Assembly: GCA_026770705.1 (NCBI GenBank)
Contig: JANJGN010000042.1
Span: 3,906,001-3,970,000, forward strand
Source: Isurus oxyrinchus
Taxonomy: Eukaryota
Direction of reading: 5' to 3'
Length of the DNA stretch: 64,000 nucleotides
Shown in pieces: positions 13,384-26,034 of this stretch. The notes under the pieces are model-generated. The model was given only the letters and a program-made list of their open reading frames with translations. It was not told the origin of the DNA and ran no database searches. Made by a program: the position numbers and the translations under genes. Each line of letters begins with the position of its first letter. Positions within the stretch are counted from its first letter, which is position 1.

Positions 13384-14586
13384 AGGTGCTCACAAGCCTC
13401 ACAACCTGGGTAAGCCATGCTACCTGTGCCTTTTATTTTCATTTCAAACCTCTTTCATTAGAGACATGCTTCATCCTCAAATTGACACGTTTATATAAAA
13501 CGCAACAACATCCATCGTCAGACAGTTCCGGGTTGTTATTGGGTCCTTAAGCGACAAAGAGAAAATAATCCAACTCTCCTGTTGCCCAGCGGGTTCCAAC
13601 AGCAGTGTTTTTTTATCTGAAGATAAATGTAAAATATAATTTAACAACTGACCAACCATGTACCTACAAATCTATGAAGTTATTGGATTCAAATAGACCC
13701 GTTAATGATTCTCTCTTCCTCAGCTCCGCAGTGAGTGAGACAGGGAAAAGCAGAAAAGCAGCAACATTCCGGCCCCGCACTCTCCAATCACCCGCTGCCA
13801 GCAAACAGATACACTCACTTTCCTGAGTGTTTATTCTATGAAATGGTGAAGGGCGAATCTAAGACGCTTGTAAGATACTGTGCTCAGTTAATATCCAACA
13901 ACAAACAGGAACAAGGCAGTTTTCCTTTCACTTAAAAGGGCAAGTTTTGATAATGCTTCTGCATTAATAACTTATTTTGATAAAATGCATTTAATCTGTT
14001 GAAACGTCACAAGGCGTCCCCCGTGAACATTATATAATAAAGTGTGACACCGAGCCTCATATTCGATCAGAATACTAAAAGCTCGGTCAAAGGGGGAGGC
14101 TTTAAAAACTGTCTTAAAGGAGGAAAGTATCGATTTAATGTTCCAGCTAACAGCAATAGTTCTTCTCATTGGCGAAAGAAGTCTCCTGTGTTCAACCTAA
14201 ACAGACCAATTAGTAGGAGAAAGTTCTGTCTGGTGAAAAGATCGGGAATGAAAAAAAAAAGTGGAAAGTAACCTCTAAATGCCAAATGTCAAACCTTTCT
14301 GGTACTTTCTCTTATGTCTCATGACTGGGGATCGGCGCTTCCATTGGTCCACAGCGAATAGGGTGGAGGGTTTGGAAATTGAAAGTTACTCATGAGCAGC
14401 TTGTGGGACTATTTCACCTCACTGTCGAGTTCATGTTCCAGCTCACAGAAACCGTTGTTTTTATTGGCTGAAGAATTCGTTTGTGTTAAGGCTAAACAGG
14501 CAGTTTTGTGGTGAAAGAGATCTGAACTGAAAAACAATAGGCAAAAGCAGCGTGGATAAGCCAAATCGAAAAGCATTTTGATCGAT

Positions 14587-14658
14587 TCCTTGGTTGTCTA
14601 GTGGTTAGGCTACGGCGCTTTCAGCACCACAGCCCGGGTTCGATTCCCAGTAAGGAAA
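14587..14658 (+). pseudogene. Degenerate tRNA-Glu(TTC)
   Basis: TCCTTGGTTGTCTAGTGGTTAGG…CTTTCA…CCCGGGTTCGATTCCC with broken anticodon stem. Confidence 0.75.
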
Positions 14659-15653
14659 ATAAGGTTTGTTGAGTGTGGTCAATTTCTATTTGCGAACAGC
14701 TGCACCAAGAGTTAAAAGCTTAGCCTCACAGCAAGAAATATCACACTTCGAATAAGTCGCGAACAAACAGAAAAGAAGCAGGGCTGGTTGCAAGGCGAAA
14801 TATCGGTGGGAGAAGGATGATTGTTACTGTCTCCTATTTGCACCGGCACAAATATCCCTTCTGATCAATCAACTCCGCTTTGAAAACAGCGCGCCGGGCC
14901 CAATGGGCTCTTTCTATGCTGTAATTATCTATAATGTTATGTTTCCCAACACCACCAACACTGCCTTTTTATAACCCACTCTAGATAAGTGCGCTTTCTT
15001 ACCTTGTATTCGGCTCGTCTGAAACCAAAACACGGAGCAATTCAGCGAGTTTTCTTGTCATTTCCAGCACGAGGTTAGTCACGAGACTAAATGAGCGACA
15101 CATTAATGGTGCCGATCCTTCACTGGAGCTCACCGTGTGCAAAAAGCACTGTTATCATCAGCCTGTTCGGCACCTTCCTGCAGTACATCTGCTGAACAAA
15201 TATAAGCTTATCACAGCTCTGCTTTCTGCACATTGAAACCCAGTGTAAAAATGTGAACAATTTCAAAGCTGATTAACGTAGACAAGACTGGAAGGAGAGT
15301 GTGACTGTGGATAATCGGCACTGTGCACATTCCTGTAATCCGTACCTGGGGGAATCAGGAAGATGAGATCATGGTGTCTTTTTACTCTATGGTCTGCAAA
15401 CCTATCGTCTTGTGTCTTACATTCCCACGAACTGACTGTGTCTGCATCAAGCAGCTAATTGACCCGGGAGTTGTAGGGGCAGAGGGAGCTGGAGGCGAGA
15501 CAGTGACAGAAGCAGAAAGAAACGCGATATGAAAATGTTTTGAATTTGATGTCTGTCAGTTGGTGCCAGTGGTGAATGTCTACCTTGCTGGTGCCACTGA
15601 ATGAGGTTGTGTTTTTTTTTGTTTTAGAGCAGCAAGATTGCAAATGACAACAG

Positions 15654-15726
15654 CCCCCAGCGTGGGGCTCCAACACATGACCCTGAAATTAAGCGTTTTA
15701 TATTCTATTAACTGAGGTAGCCGGGA
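15654..15726 (-). pseudogene. Degenerate tRNA-Lys(CTT)
   Basis: CCCGGCTACCTCAG…CTTAATTTCAGGGTCATG…GAGCCCCACGCTGGG resembles vertebrate Lys-CTT. Confidence 0.7.
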
Positions 15727-16297
15727 ATGGGGGAAGGAATCCTTCATATCCCAACACATATGGCGACAGACGTGTTTTTTTCACCAGGAGCCTCAGCTTG
15801 TTCTGAATCTGAGTGTAGAAGGGAGTCGACCTACAAAAGCCCCAAGGTTGCAATGCGTTCCTCTCAATCTCAGTAACATCGTTCACATCTTCCACTTCTT
15901 AGTTAGACCTCCTGCCAAAAATTTCAAACTCTCTCTTTCATTTTTCATCCTCACATTTTTCTCTAACGTTTTAACATGAAGTTGTACAACAAATTTAAAT
16001 AAAGTTAGTGATGGTAAAAATGTGTTCACCCCTCGGGGAACTGACTCACATTGACACACACAGAGGAACAGACACAAACATATGCACCGAGGGTGACAGA
16101 GGGCAATGGTTTGTCTCTAAGGAGAGGCAAATATTCATAAAGCAAGCATGACACCAAGTTTTATTCCAGTTCCAAGTTTCATGAGTGTTTTCGTGAACGA
16201 ACAGAAATAGAAAAAAACCCAAGTGTTTGTATGGATTTTATTGCATTTAACCGATAATTAACTCTGTAGACACATTTTAAACCAGGAATAATGACAA

Positions 16298-16352
16298 GTG
16301 GGAATCTCAATGGACTTGGGCTCCATCACCTAAATCAATCGACCATGACAAC
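16298..16352 (-). pseudogene. tRNA-Ser 5'-half remnant
   Basis: GTTGTCATGGTCGA…AGGTGATGGA…TCCATTG, with the T arm deleted. Confidence 0.5.
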
Positions 16353-17033
16353 CGGCCCTGTGCACAGGTTAATGTCGATGGTATAAAATCATAAATATCT
16401 ACAGCAGAGGAAGACGACATTCTGCCCATCGTGACAATGCCAGCTGATGGCAAAAGGAATACAGCTAATTTGATAACCCCACATTTTCTCTACTACAATT
16501 CAAATTGATATTGTCTCTCCTCGTTCTTCCTGTTAAAATGAAGAATGACAGGCATTTATTTTGACAGTGAGCTGGCACCTTTTGCATCATTCACGTTTGT
16601 AGTTGTATGTTAAGTGAATGTAATATATCTCAGTCACATTACATTTCCTCTTCACCACTTCACAGGATAAACCCTCAGCAAAGTGAGAAAATCTTTCAGC
16701 TGGCAGCGGGTGATTGGAGAGTGGGGGGCCGGAATATTGCTACTTTTCTGCTTTTCTCTGTCTCGCTCACTGTGGAGCCGAGAAAGAGAGAATCATTGAC
16801 GGGTTTGTTTGAATCCAATAATTTCACAGGTGTCTATTGAGTTAGGTGTAATTATATAGTCGTTTATTGTTTTTTATTGTGTTTGAAATGAACATTCAAA
16901 ACAAAAACATCGGTGTGGGAACACACTGGTTAAGGGTAAAGTTTGCGGGATAATTCCTTGCAGCTCAAGTAGCCAATGAGAGCCCGGAACTGTGTGACAA
17001 TGAAAGCTGATAGGGAGAAAAAAGTGAAATCTT

Positions 17034-17107
17034 GGTCCCTGGGTGCTTTTGAACCATCAACTTTTTGCTTAACAGTTGAATGCGATAAACAATTGCGCCA
17101 CAGAGAC
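17034..17107 (-). pseudogene. Degenerate tRNA-Asn(GTT)
   Basis: GTCTCTGTGGCGCAATTG…CTGTTAA…GGTTCAAAA…CCCAGGGAC. Inverted paralog of the intact gene at 28046. Confidence 0.8.
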
Positions 17108-17190
17108 AGACGTAAGGCTGACTTGCCAACTTTCCTAAACCAGGGTGTCAGTGAATTTAAGCTTCAGATTGCTGCTACCGGGATGACAAT

Positions 17191-17328
17191 CCTAGTTCTG
17201 TTGAAGGGTCATGAGGACTCGAAACGTCAACTCTTTTCTTCTCCGCCGGTGCTGCCAGACCTGCTGAGTTTTTCCAGGTAATTCTGTTTTTGTTTTGGAT
17301 TTCCAGCATCCGCAGTTTTTTTGTTTTT
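17191..17328 (+). mobile_element. Short Penelope-derived terminal-repeat insertion with hammerhead-like motif and 8-bp TSD
   Basis: Flanked by ATGACAAT at 17183-17190 and 17329-17336. Homologous to the 3' end of the Penelope element at ~32990-33125. Confidence 0.8.
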
Positions 17329-18465
17329 ATGACAATTGTTCTCTTCACTTTTACTCTTCCAAAATAAAGGGAGGGACGTTCACTGTGGATACATGGAAAC
17401 AATCTGATCCCACCCACTGCTGACACATCCATATCACCAGGAACGTGCTCTCCGACAACCGGTGCCGTCTTCTTTCCAGCCTTTCGGTGTCTTGTCTGTT
17501 ACCAAGTATTCTGATTGTCCTGAAGCCGATGTTAGGTTTGAGTTCCTGATGTACAGTAACGAGAATCATTTCAATCTCTCAGGTTAGTTAATTTCACTGA
17601 TAACTTCAGAGTCAATGTTCCAGCGTCTTAAAGAAGGGAAAGGTGCCTTGAATGTCTCTGGTCAGTCGAACAGATCACCCTTCATTCTCCTCTGATTCTG
17701 GTTCCCAAAGAGTTTCTAAAGATTCAGAAAGCTGGAGACTGGGTTTTCTGTTTTGGTTCCTTCTCCATTTTCCCACCTGCCAACTGACAATATTTTCCAA
17801 ATATTGAGGAGACAGTAAAGCCTTGAGACACAATTAGATCAGCCATGATCTTACTGAATGGCAGAGCAGGTTCAAAGGGCTGAATGGCCTCCTCCTGATC
17901 GTCATTCGTCCCTTCCTGTGTCACAGCCCGAATCACTCCTGACTTTAGCAAACTGCCTTCGGAATTAATGATCAGTTAAATGAAATAAAAACCATTCAAC
18001 TATTTCCGTGTTTCTTATTTCCGTTCCTCTGCAAACATTCACTAAATTTGCAAGCTGAAATGGAACAATAATTGGCCAAGTTGGTGACATCCTTGTTTTC
18101 TGGGTGTTTGTCACTCTCGGTGTAAAGGTCTGTGTGTGTCAATGTGCTTCAGTTCCCCGAGGGGTTGAACGCATTTTCACCATCACAAGCTTTATTCATA
18201 TTGGTTGTGCAGTTTCATACTAAAATGTTACAGAGACAATATCAAGATGAAAGATTGAAGAGGGGTTTGCAATGTTTGGAAGGAGGTGCAGCTAAGAAGT
18301 GGAAGATGTGAATGATGTTATTGATGATTGAGAGGAATGTATTGCAAACTTGGGGCTTTTGGAGGTCGATCCCCTTTGAAATTCAGAACAAGCTGAGGCT
18401 TGAGGTCTATAACAGCAGTGATCTCCAAGGATGTTGGGATGTGCAATACTTCGCTCTTCTTACAT

Positions 18466-18538
18466 GCCTGGCGAGTTCAGTCGACAGCGTCTGAGATTCT
18501 TAATGCCAGGTTGTTGGGTTTGCGACCTGTGCTCGACG
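18466..18538 (+). pseudogene. Degenerate tRNA-Lys(CTT)
   Basis: GCCTGGCGAGTTCAGTCGACAG…TGAGATTCTTAAT…GGGTTTG…, 73 nt collinear with Lys-CTT. Confidence 0.6.
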
Positions 18539-19630
18539 AAATTCCCTTTTTAAACTTTGCTGCTTCCATGGGTGATCCCCAGGTCTCCATTCCTCCGGCA
18601 GTGTCACCGCTCAAACCGAATCTTTCTCCATCCTGCTTTGTTAATATCACAGCTTCTGGTTTCTGAGTGAAAACTGCTCTCTGCGTCATTGAAAGTCAGA
18701 GTATTTAATTCTGAACATTTGGTGCTTTCACCGCTGCAGCCTAGGTTTAATTCCCCTACAGGAAAAAACCTTTTCCTTTCCGTTGTGTGAACTATCACAA
18801 TGAACAGGAATTCCTTCTTGAATGAAATCAGGTCTGGCAGCGTCTGTGGAGTGAGAAACAGAGATAATCTTCCAGCTGGATGATCTTTCATCAGAGCTGG
18901 AAAAGTCAGAGATGTAACAGGTGGAAAACAAGTCCAGAGGCGGGAGGGAGGGGAGTGAAAGGACAAAAGGGAAGGACTGTGATAGGTTACAAGGCATGAG
19001 AGAGAAACTGACTAAAGGGATGATGGTGCAAAATGTGGGTGGGAATGGGACAGATTTTTCTTCCTGCTGTTCAAACTGGGACAAATATCACTGATCAACC
19101 AATCACAACTGCTCTTTCAAAGCAGTGCGCCGGGCCGCATGGCCTCATTCTGTGCTGTAACTTTCCATAATTATTTCATTTCTATCCTCACTGCTGCTGC
19201 CTTCACAGTCATTCCATCATCTTACAATCCATTCCAGTAAAATCCACCTTCTTCCCTTGTGTTCAGCACCTTTAAGGTCATGGGACTGAGTAAATTCAGT
19301 GGGAAATTTCCTTCTCATTTAGCACGAGATTTGGAAACAGGTCTGGGAAATATTTGTGTCATTGCAAACAATACAATCTCCACTATCACCTCTACATTTT
19401 CCCATGCACCACCATTTCTATGGTCACTGCTTTTCAGCCTATCACAGCCCTTCTCTGATTCCCTACCTTCACCTCTGTGTTTGTTCGCGACCTGTTGCAC
19501 AGGTGACATTTTCCGCTCTGATGCAAAACTCCAGCTCTCACTCCACTGATTCAGGCGGAGCTGATATGCGTTTTCAGTTTTCAGTCAGGAAGTAATGCAC
19601 ATTTATTTTAATCATTCGCATGACATTTAT

Positions 19631-19662
19631 AAGCGCCAAATCCTAACCACTAGACCCCAAGG
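19631..19662 (-). pseudogene. tRNA-Glu 5'-half remnant
   Basis: CCTTGGGGTCTAGTGGTTAGGATTTGGCGCTT. Its flank is paralogous to that of the 13312-13383 copy. Confidence 0.55.
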
Positions 19663-20129
19663 CTTGCAACTTCACAGCCCGGCTTATCCATGCTACCTGT
19701 GCATTTTATTTTCATTTCACAACTCTTTCACTAGAGGCACTTTTCTCCCACAAAATGACACATTTATGTCGAACACAAACAACTTCTTGAGCCAATGACA
19801 ACAGCGATTGCTGTTAGCTGGAGCAGTATTCATTGGCTCACAGTCCCACGTTGTCATTGGGTCCTTAAGCGACTAAAGAGGACAGAAATCGCCAACTGTC
19901 CTGTTACGCGGTGAGTTCCAACAGATATGTTTTTATTGAATATTCATTTTGAATATTCCCCACTCACCGGCTGCCAGTTGAAGGATATCCTCACTTTGCT
20001 GTGTCCACTTTGTGAAAAGACAAAGAGTAAGTGCAATCCGAATGTGAGATTCCGCATTCAGCTAATATTCAACAACAAGCAGGGAACAAAGCAACTTTCC
20101 CTCTCCCCTAATTGAACAATTTTCAATAA

Positions 20130-20202
20130 CGTTCCTGCCTGGTTTTGAACCAGGGACCTTTCGCGTGTAAGGGGAATGTGATAACCACTACACTACAGAA
20201 AC
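20130..20202 (-). tRNA. tRNA-Val-like, anticodon TAC, probably a pseudogene
   Basis: GTTTCTGTAGTGTAGTGGTTATCACATTCCCCTTACACGCGAAAGGTCCCTGGTTCAAAACCAGGCAGGAACG. One anticodon-stem mismatch and altered discriminator. Confidence 0.7.
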
Positions 20203-20868
20203 GTTACGCACCAGTGTCAAGTGCACCTGACTACAATACAGTTCCACAGCAGCACTTTGGGTCCATGTTTTGAAGAAATGGAATTCGACTGTTCTCATCA
20301 GGAATGCTGGAGACAGACTGATCAACAATGTCATCATCAAATGGCACAGCGTGTTGGAGAGTTATTAGATCATCACAGCTTCTTTTTTAAAGAGCAATCA
20401 ATTAGTCTCAATATTCCTCTCTCTTTCCATAAGCCTCAATTTCTCTATTTCAAGTAACTGTCTAATTCACTTTTGAAGAATGAGTTTCTGCAGAATCCAT
20501 GCACAGTTTCCCTGACCCAGTGACATGGAGATTTGGACTTGGGTTCCTTCCAGTCCCTCGAGGAGCTGATCCTAATTCCAGCGCTGCCACAGTTTGAGTC
20601 ACATTCCCACTTTTGCACACTTTAGGAATTCCTTTTCGGAGAACAAGAGGGAGCTCTAGTTTAATACAGGGCGGGTTGTGGTCCTTTATTTTGTTTGGAA
20701 AAGCACGGAGAGGCAATACAAATATAAATTGTTGTGGGGGTAAAGGCAGGTGTGTGGAATCGGTAGAGCTACTCTTCCAGAGAGCCAGCACAGACACGAC
20801 GGGCCGATTGACTTATTTTGCAGTCACCTCTGATTTGATAAGGACACATTTGAGCTCGCGAGCAGCTG

Positions 20869-20949
20869 TTAGTCGAGCTGAATGTTTAAGGTGACGGATT
20901 TGAAATCCATTGGTGTCTCCCCCTGTAGGTTTGAATCCTGCTGACCACA
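20869..20949 (+). pseudogene. Degenerate tRNA-Ser(TGA)
   Basis: …AAGGTGACGGATTTGAAATCCATTGG…GTAGGTTTGAATCCTGCTGAC. Confidence 0.75.
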
Positions 20950-21214
20950 GTTCACATTATTCCTCATTTTAACCAGGTGCCGCCAACCTCATCCCTGCGG
21001 CTCCTGTGAAACTGACAAGGTGGCACATGGCAGAAATTCATCACTGAAAGTAACTGATACACATCAAATTCTGCCGCTTTCATGTTGCATCTTTTAACTT
21101 CCTGTTCTCCATCTCAGACATTTTCACGTCTCTCAAATGTCACTCACCTGGAACCTAGCATCTACCTCAGTCTGTTGAATATGGTCGCTTTCCTGTGTGG
21201 TCTTGTTAGCTGGT

Positions 21215-21287
21215 GGCTCCATAGCTCAGTGGTTGGAGCACTGCTCTTATACATCAGTGGCTGTAAGTTCAACCTTCACTAGTGCCT
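21215..21287 (+). pseudogene. Degenerate tRNA-Thr(TGT)-derived sequence
   Basis: GGCTCCATAGCTCAGTGGTTGGAGCACTG…AAGTTCAA…GCCT matches the vertebrate Thr-TGT body. Anticodon is mutated to TAT. Confidence 0.7.
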
Positions 21288-21399
21288 TTCATTAACCTTT
21301 AACTGAGAATATGAAGTTATGTGGAAAGCTGAAAAACCGAATAATAATATATAAGATGAAAATGCAAAGTACTGTGGTGAAGCATTTTGCTTTTAAGTT

Positions 21400-22640
21400 A
21401 AAGTACTGTGGATGCTGGAAATCTGAAGTACAAACAGCATCCGACAGCATCTGTGGAGGGAGAAACAGAGTCAATGTCTCGAGTCCGTGTGATCTTCTTC
21501 AGAGCTAAAGAGAAGCAGAAATGTTTACTGTTTTATACTGTTTACGAGGGCGTGGGGTGGAGCAGTTGGGGAAGTCAGGAGGAATTGGCAAAGATATTAT
21601 GTGCATAAGACAAAGGGAGTGTTAATGGTAGCGGTAAGGGCTAAAAATGGTGCTGATAATTGCTTAAAGGTAAGAAAGCAGAATGTGTGAATAGCAGAAT
21701 AAGGATCAGCACTTCGTGAAAGAACAACATAGAGCAATGACAGATGGCCCTTTAGGGGCCTCTCTCCTCGCCTTCCAAGTGCCGAAACACTCCTTTCAGG
21801 TGAAGCAGCGCTTCATGTGCACCTCCAATTTGGTCCATTGCATTCACTGCTCCCAATGGGGTCTCCGCTACATTGGAGAGACCAAACGCAGACTGGCCAA
21901 CCGCTTTGTGCAACATCTTCAGTCTGTCTGCAAGCATGACCCAGACCACCCTGTCATTTGCCATTTCAACACTCCACCCTGCTGTCATGTGCACATGTCT
22001 GTCCTTGGCTTGCTGCATTGTTCCAGTGAAGCTCAATGCAAACTCGAGGAACAGCACCTCATCTTCCAACTAGGCACTTTATAGTCTTCCAGATGTAACA
22101 TGAAGTTCAGCAGCTTCAGATCATGAACTCTCTCCTTCATTTTCACCCTTTTTAAAATCTCCTTATAAAAATGTATTTTATTAACTTATTTTTCATTCAT
22201 TTATTCATTATTTCACCCCACCCCTTTTATTATCCCCTTTTCTATCTTTTTTCCCCAACTATCTCCCCCTCCCACATCTCAACCCCAAAAGGGCCATCTC
22301 GTTCCATATTTTTTTTTCACAGAGCGCTGAACCTTGTTCTGCTATTCACATATCCTGCTTTCTTACCTTTATGTCACTATCAGCACCTTCTTCAGCCTTT
22401 ACCACTACAATTAACACTCCCTTTGTCTTGTGTCCAGCGAATATTTGTCAGTCTCTCCTTAACTCCCACCTATCACTGACCTTAAATCCACAATCACCTG
22501 CTCCACCCGTCCCGCCCCGCTTAAACAGGAGAATTCAAACAATTTCTACTTTTCTTCATCTCTGAAGAAGAGTTATATGGACTCGAAACATTAACACTGT
22601 TTCCCTCTCCACCGAGTCTGTGAGACCGGCTGAGTTTTGC
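21400..22640 (+). mobile_element. Penelope-like element 3' fragment (GIY-YIG endonuclease, UTR, terminal repeat) preceded by an inverted terminal-repeat piece
   Basis: ORF 21716-22084 has FMCTSNLVHCIHC…YIGETKRRLANRF (GIY-YIG). Terminal repeat on + at ~22560-22640 and on - at ~21400-21510. Confidence 0.8.
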
Positions 22641-23004
22641 CAGGGATTTAGGTGTTTGTAATATTTAAGAAGCGACCAGACAACAAGATGGGACTTGGAG
22701 AAAAATGTTGCAAAGACTGAAGTAACTCAGTCAGTCGTAGTAATTTTTAAACAACAACAAAGCAGAAACGTTTGAAAAGGTGAGAAAGATGTGTTGATCT
22801 TCAAAGAGACTCGGCTGCACTTGTACAAAGAACGTGGAAAGTTACATCAGTCCCTACGGCACAACTGATCAGCGTGTTCGACTAACTGAAAGTTTGGCGG
22901 TTCTCAGAGACAAAGGTTCCAATGTTTTTTTCCTCCCATCAACATTCATTGTCGCACAGAATTGGGTTATCAAAAAATGTTTCCACAAATGTTGCCAGTT
23001 CTAC

Positions 23005-23078
23005 TTCTCTGCAGTGAGTTTTGAACCAGAGAATCTTCCCCATGTAAAGCAAATGTGATAACATTGGACTACAAAAAC
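23005..23078 (-). pseudogene. Highly degenerate tRNA-Val
   Basis: GTTTTTGTAGT…GTTATCACATTTGCTTTACA…CTGGTTCAAAAC. Upstream flank is similar to that of the 20130 copy. Confidence 0.55.
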
Positions 23079-23594
23079 TACACGCAACTCCTTGCAGAAC
23101 GACCTAGAATATTAAACTTTGCTGCCTTATTGCAGTTCTGAACCTTGTTTTGTGGAAGTACAATTCGATTGAGAACCTGAGCCATGCGGCAGAGAAATTG
23201 ATCGAACATGAGAATCATCAGATGGCACAGCACAAAAGCAATTCATTCAACATCTCACACATGTGCGAACAGCCTTACAGCAAATCCGTCCCCATCTTTC
23301 TCTCTTTTTGCCAAGCCATGCACTTTTCAGAATATTATTCAAAACCTGGAGAAGTATAAATGTCACTGCATCCAGTTACTATTTAACAACAAACGGGAAC
23401 GATGCAATCTTTCCTCATATTTAATTCTGTTAATGCTTCCACCCCATTTTCGCACGGGGAACCTTCTGTGGTGAGAGACTATGATCCCTGTTACTCTACA
23501 CAAACTCTGCAATGTTTCGGGGAAACTTTCTGTGTGTGAGAGAGTGTGATCCCTATTACCCTACACGAACCCTGCAATTTGAAGAGCCCAATTT

Positions 23595-24670
23595 AACACA
23601 CAGAAGACAGACAGTCGGGATTATTCAGATTGGAAAGACGTAACTGGTGGAATGCCATAAGGATCAGTCTCAGGGACTCAATTATTTACTATCTATACTA
23701 ATGACATGGAGGAGGGGGCAGAGTGTAATGTATCCAAATTTTCTGACGATATAAAAATAGGTGGGAGGTCAGGTTGTGATGAGGACTTGAAGAATCTTCA
23801 AGGGGATATAGATAAGTTGAGTCAGTGGGCAAAGGTTGGCAGATGGAGTGTAATGTAGGAAAGTTTGAGATCATACACATTGTTAGGAAGAATTGAAAGG
23901 CAGAATATTATTTAAATGGAAGGAGACTCCAAAAAAGTGCAGCACAGAGGGATCTGGGTGTTCCTATGCAAGAAACACAAAAAACTTGGCATGCAGATGC
24001 AGCAAGTCATTAAGAAGGCAAATAGAATTTTGTCCTGTTTTGCTCGTGGTTGGAGTTTAAAAATCGGGAAGTCTTGTTACAGGGTGTTGGTGAGGCCGCA
24101 CCTGGAGTCCTGTGTACAGTTTTGGTCCCCATATTTAAGGAAGCATTTTTGGCATTGCAGGCAGTTCAAAAGCGATTCAATAGCCTGATTCCTGGGATGA
24201 AGGAGTTGACTAATCAAGAACTGTGAAGCAAGTGAAGACTTTATTCATTAGAGTTTAGAATACTGAGGGTTGATCTTATTAAAACGTGCAAGATTCTGAG
24301 GAGGTTGATAGGGTAGATGTTGAAATGATGTTTCCACTAATGGGGGAACCTCCAGCGAGGGGACATAGTTACAGAATCGGAGGGCACTCATTTAAAACTG
24401 AGATGTGAAGGAATTTCTTCTCCCAGAGGGCAGTGTATGTTTGGAATTCTCTACCCAAGACAGTTGTGGAGGCTAGCTCACTGAGAGTATTTAAAGAGGA
24501 GTAGATAGATTTTTGAAATATCGGGGATTGAGGGCTATGAGGAGCTGGCAGGAAAGATGAGTTGAGACCTGGGGGAGAGTAGCCATGATCTTATTGAATA
24601 GCGGGGTAGGCTGGAGGGGCCGAATGTCCGACTCCTGTTCCAATTTCTAATGTCCTTATGTTCTTATGAA
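23595..24670 (+). mobile_element. CR1-type LINE 3' fragment (decayed RT)
   Basis: Decayed GGMP*GSVSG…SKFSDD, LVRPHLESCVQFWSP motifs. CR1 3' end gccatgatcttattgaa…ggccgaatg…ctcctg. Confidence 0.85.
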
Positions 24671-24755
24671 ACGTGTCTCTGGTGAAAAAGGTCTGAAACA
24701 AAAATAAAAGACACTGGTAGCATAGATAAGCCACTTGTGAAGCGTGTAAGCAGCT

Positions 24756-24827
24756 TTCTTGGTGGTCTAGTGGTCAGGATTCAGTACTTTCACTGCTGTG
24801 GTCCAGGTTTGATTCCTGGTCAGGGAA
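24756..24827 (+). pseudogene. Degenerate tRNA-Glu(TTC)
   Basis: TTCTTGGTGGTCTAGTGGTCAGGATTCAGTACTTTCACTGCTG…GGTTTGATTCCTGGTCAGGGAA, with CpG-decay substitutions including the B box. Confidence 0.75.
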
Positions 24828-25584
24828 TGGAGATTTATTGACTTCGTGCAAACTGTTAAAATGAGTCTGACTTGTTTCTTGATTAAAAACAGAAGACGCT
24901 CATCTCTGCCAGAATCAGTGGAGTGAGAGCTGGAGTTCTGCCTCAGAGCTGGAAATGTCACCCGTGCAACAGGTCGAGAACAAATATAGAGGTGAAGATA
25001 GGGAATGTGAGAAGGTCTGTGATAGTTTGCAAAACCCTAACCAGAGAGATGCTTGTGCAAGGCAAAATATAGCGGGAATAAGGAAGGCTTAACTGTTTAC
25101 ACCGACACAAATATCTCACAGATCTTGTTCCAAATCTCGTGTTAAGTGAGAAGAAAACTTTTCCCTGAATCTTCCCCCTTTTAACTGCACCTCCTTCCAA
25201 ACATTGCAAACTCCTCCTGCATCTTCCATCCTGATAGTTTTCTCTGTGAAATTTGAAACTAATGTCAATAAGGTTTGTGATGGTAAAAATGTGTACATGC
25301 CGTTGGGGAACTGAACCACCTTGACACACACAGAGGAACAAACACAGACACATACACCGAGAGTGACAAAAGGCATGGGATTGTCTCGAAGGAGGTACAA
25401 ACACCCAAAAATCAAGCCTGACACCAACCTGGTTTCGTTTCTGTTCCATTTATCGCTGCAACTTTTGTGAACGTTTGCGGACGAATAGAAATTAGAGAAC
25501 GCTGGAGGTTTTAGATGTTTTTTATTCAGCTTATTCCGACAATTAATTGTGCAGGTACACTGTAAAATTCAGGAATGATAAGGA

Positions 25585-25666
25585 GCATAATTAACAGGAT
25601 CCCAGCCTACCTGTGGAGCTCCCAATGCATTCGAAACCTCTCACCTTAACCACTCAGTCACGAATC
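25585..25666 (-). pseudogene. Highly degenerate tRNA-Ser
   Basis: CGTGACTGAGTGGTTAAGGTGA…CATTGGG…ATCCTG, followed by the Ser-associated downstream element. Confidence 0.55.
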
Positions 25667-25951
25667 CAAGCCCCAGATTTGCACTAATGATGTTTGTATA
25701 AAATCACAGGCGGCTACATCAGACGGTTATTCACCATGTCGTTTACATGCCGGCTCTCTAGAAGAGCAACTCAACGACTGTAATTCCAGATCCCGCCTTT
25801 TCCCCACAGCAACTGATATTTATATTGCCTCTCCTCGTTCTTCCTTTCAAAATAAAACACCGCAGACTCCGCTAGTGTGAGCTGGTATCTGTCGATCTGT
25901 TGGTTTGAAAGGGGCTGCTGCAGATCCCAAAAGGTGGGGAACCTGAACGCT

Positions 25952-26034
25952 TGGCAGCGGTAGAACTGGACCTCACAGTTCTGTAGATACGGGAGCCTTA
26001 AATCCAGCGACTTAAACCGCTCGGCCACACTATC
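25952..26034 (-). pseudogene. Degenerate tRNA-Leu (AAG/TAG family)
   Basis: GATAGTGTGGCCGAGCGGTTTAAGTCGCTGGATTTAAGGCTCC…ACCGCTGCCA, with a destroyed B box. Confidence 0.75.

Noticed and set aside
23433-23570. Further tRNA-Val-like traces (also Glu-like at ~18700-18765 and ~37318-37386, Ser-like at ~40270-40295)
   Set aside because: Too degenerate to define boundaries. Counted only loosely in the cluster total.
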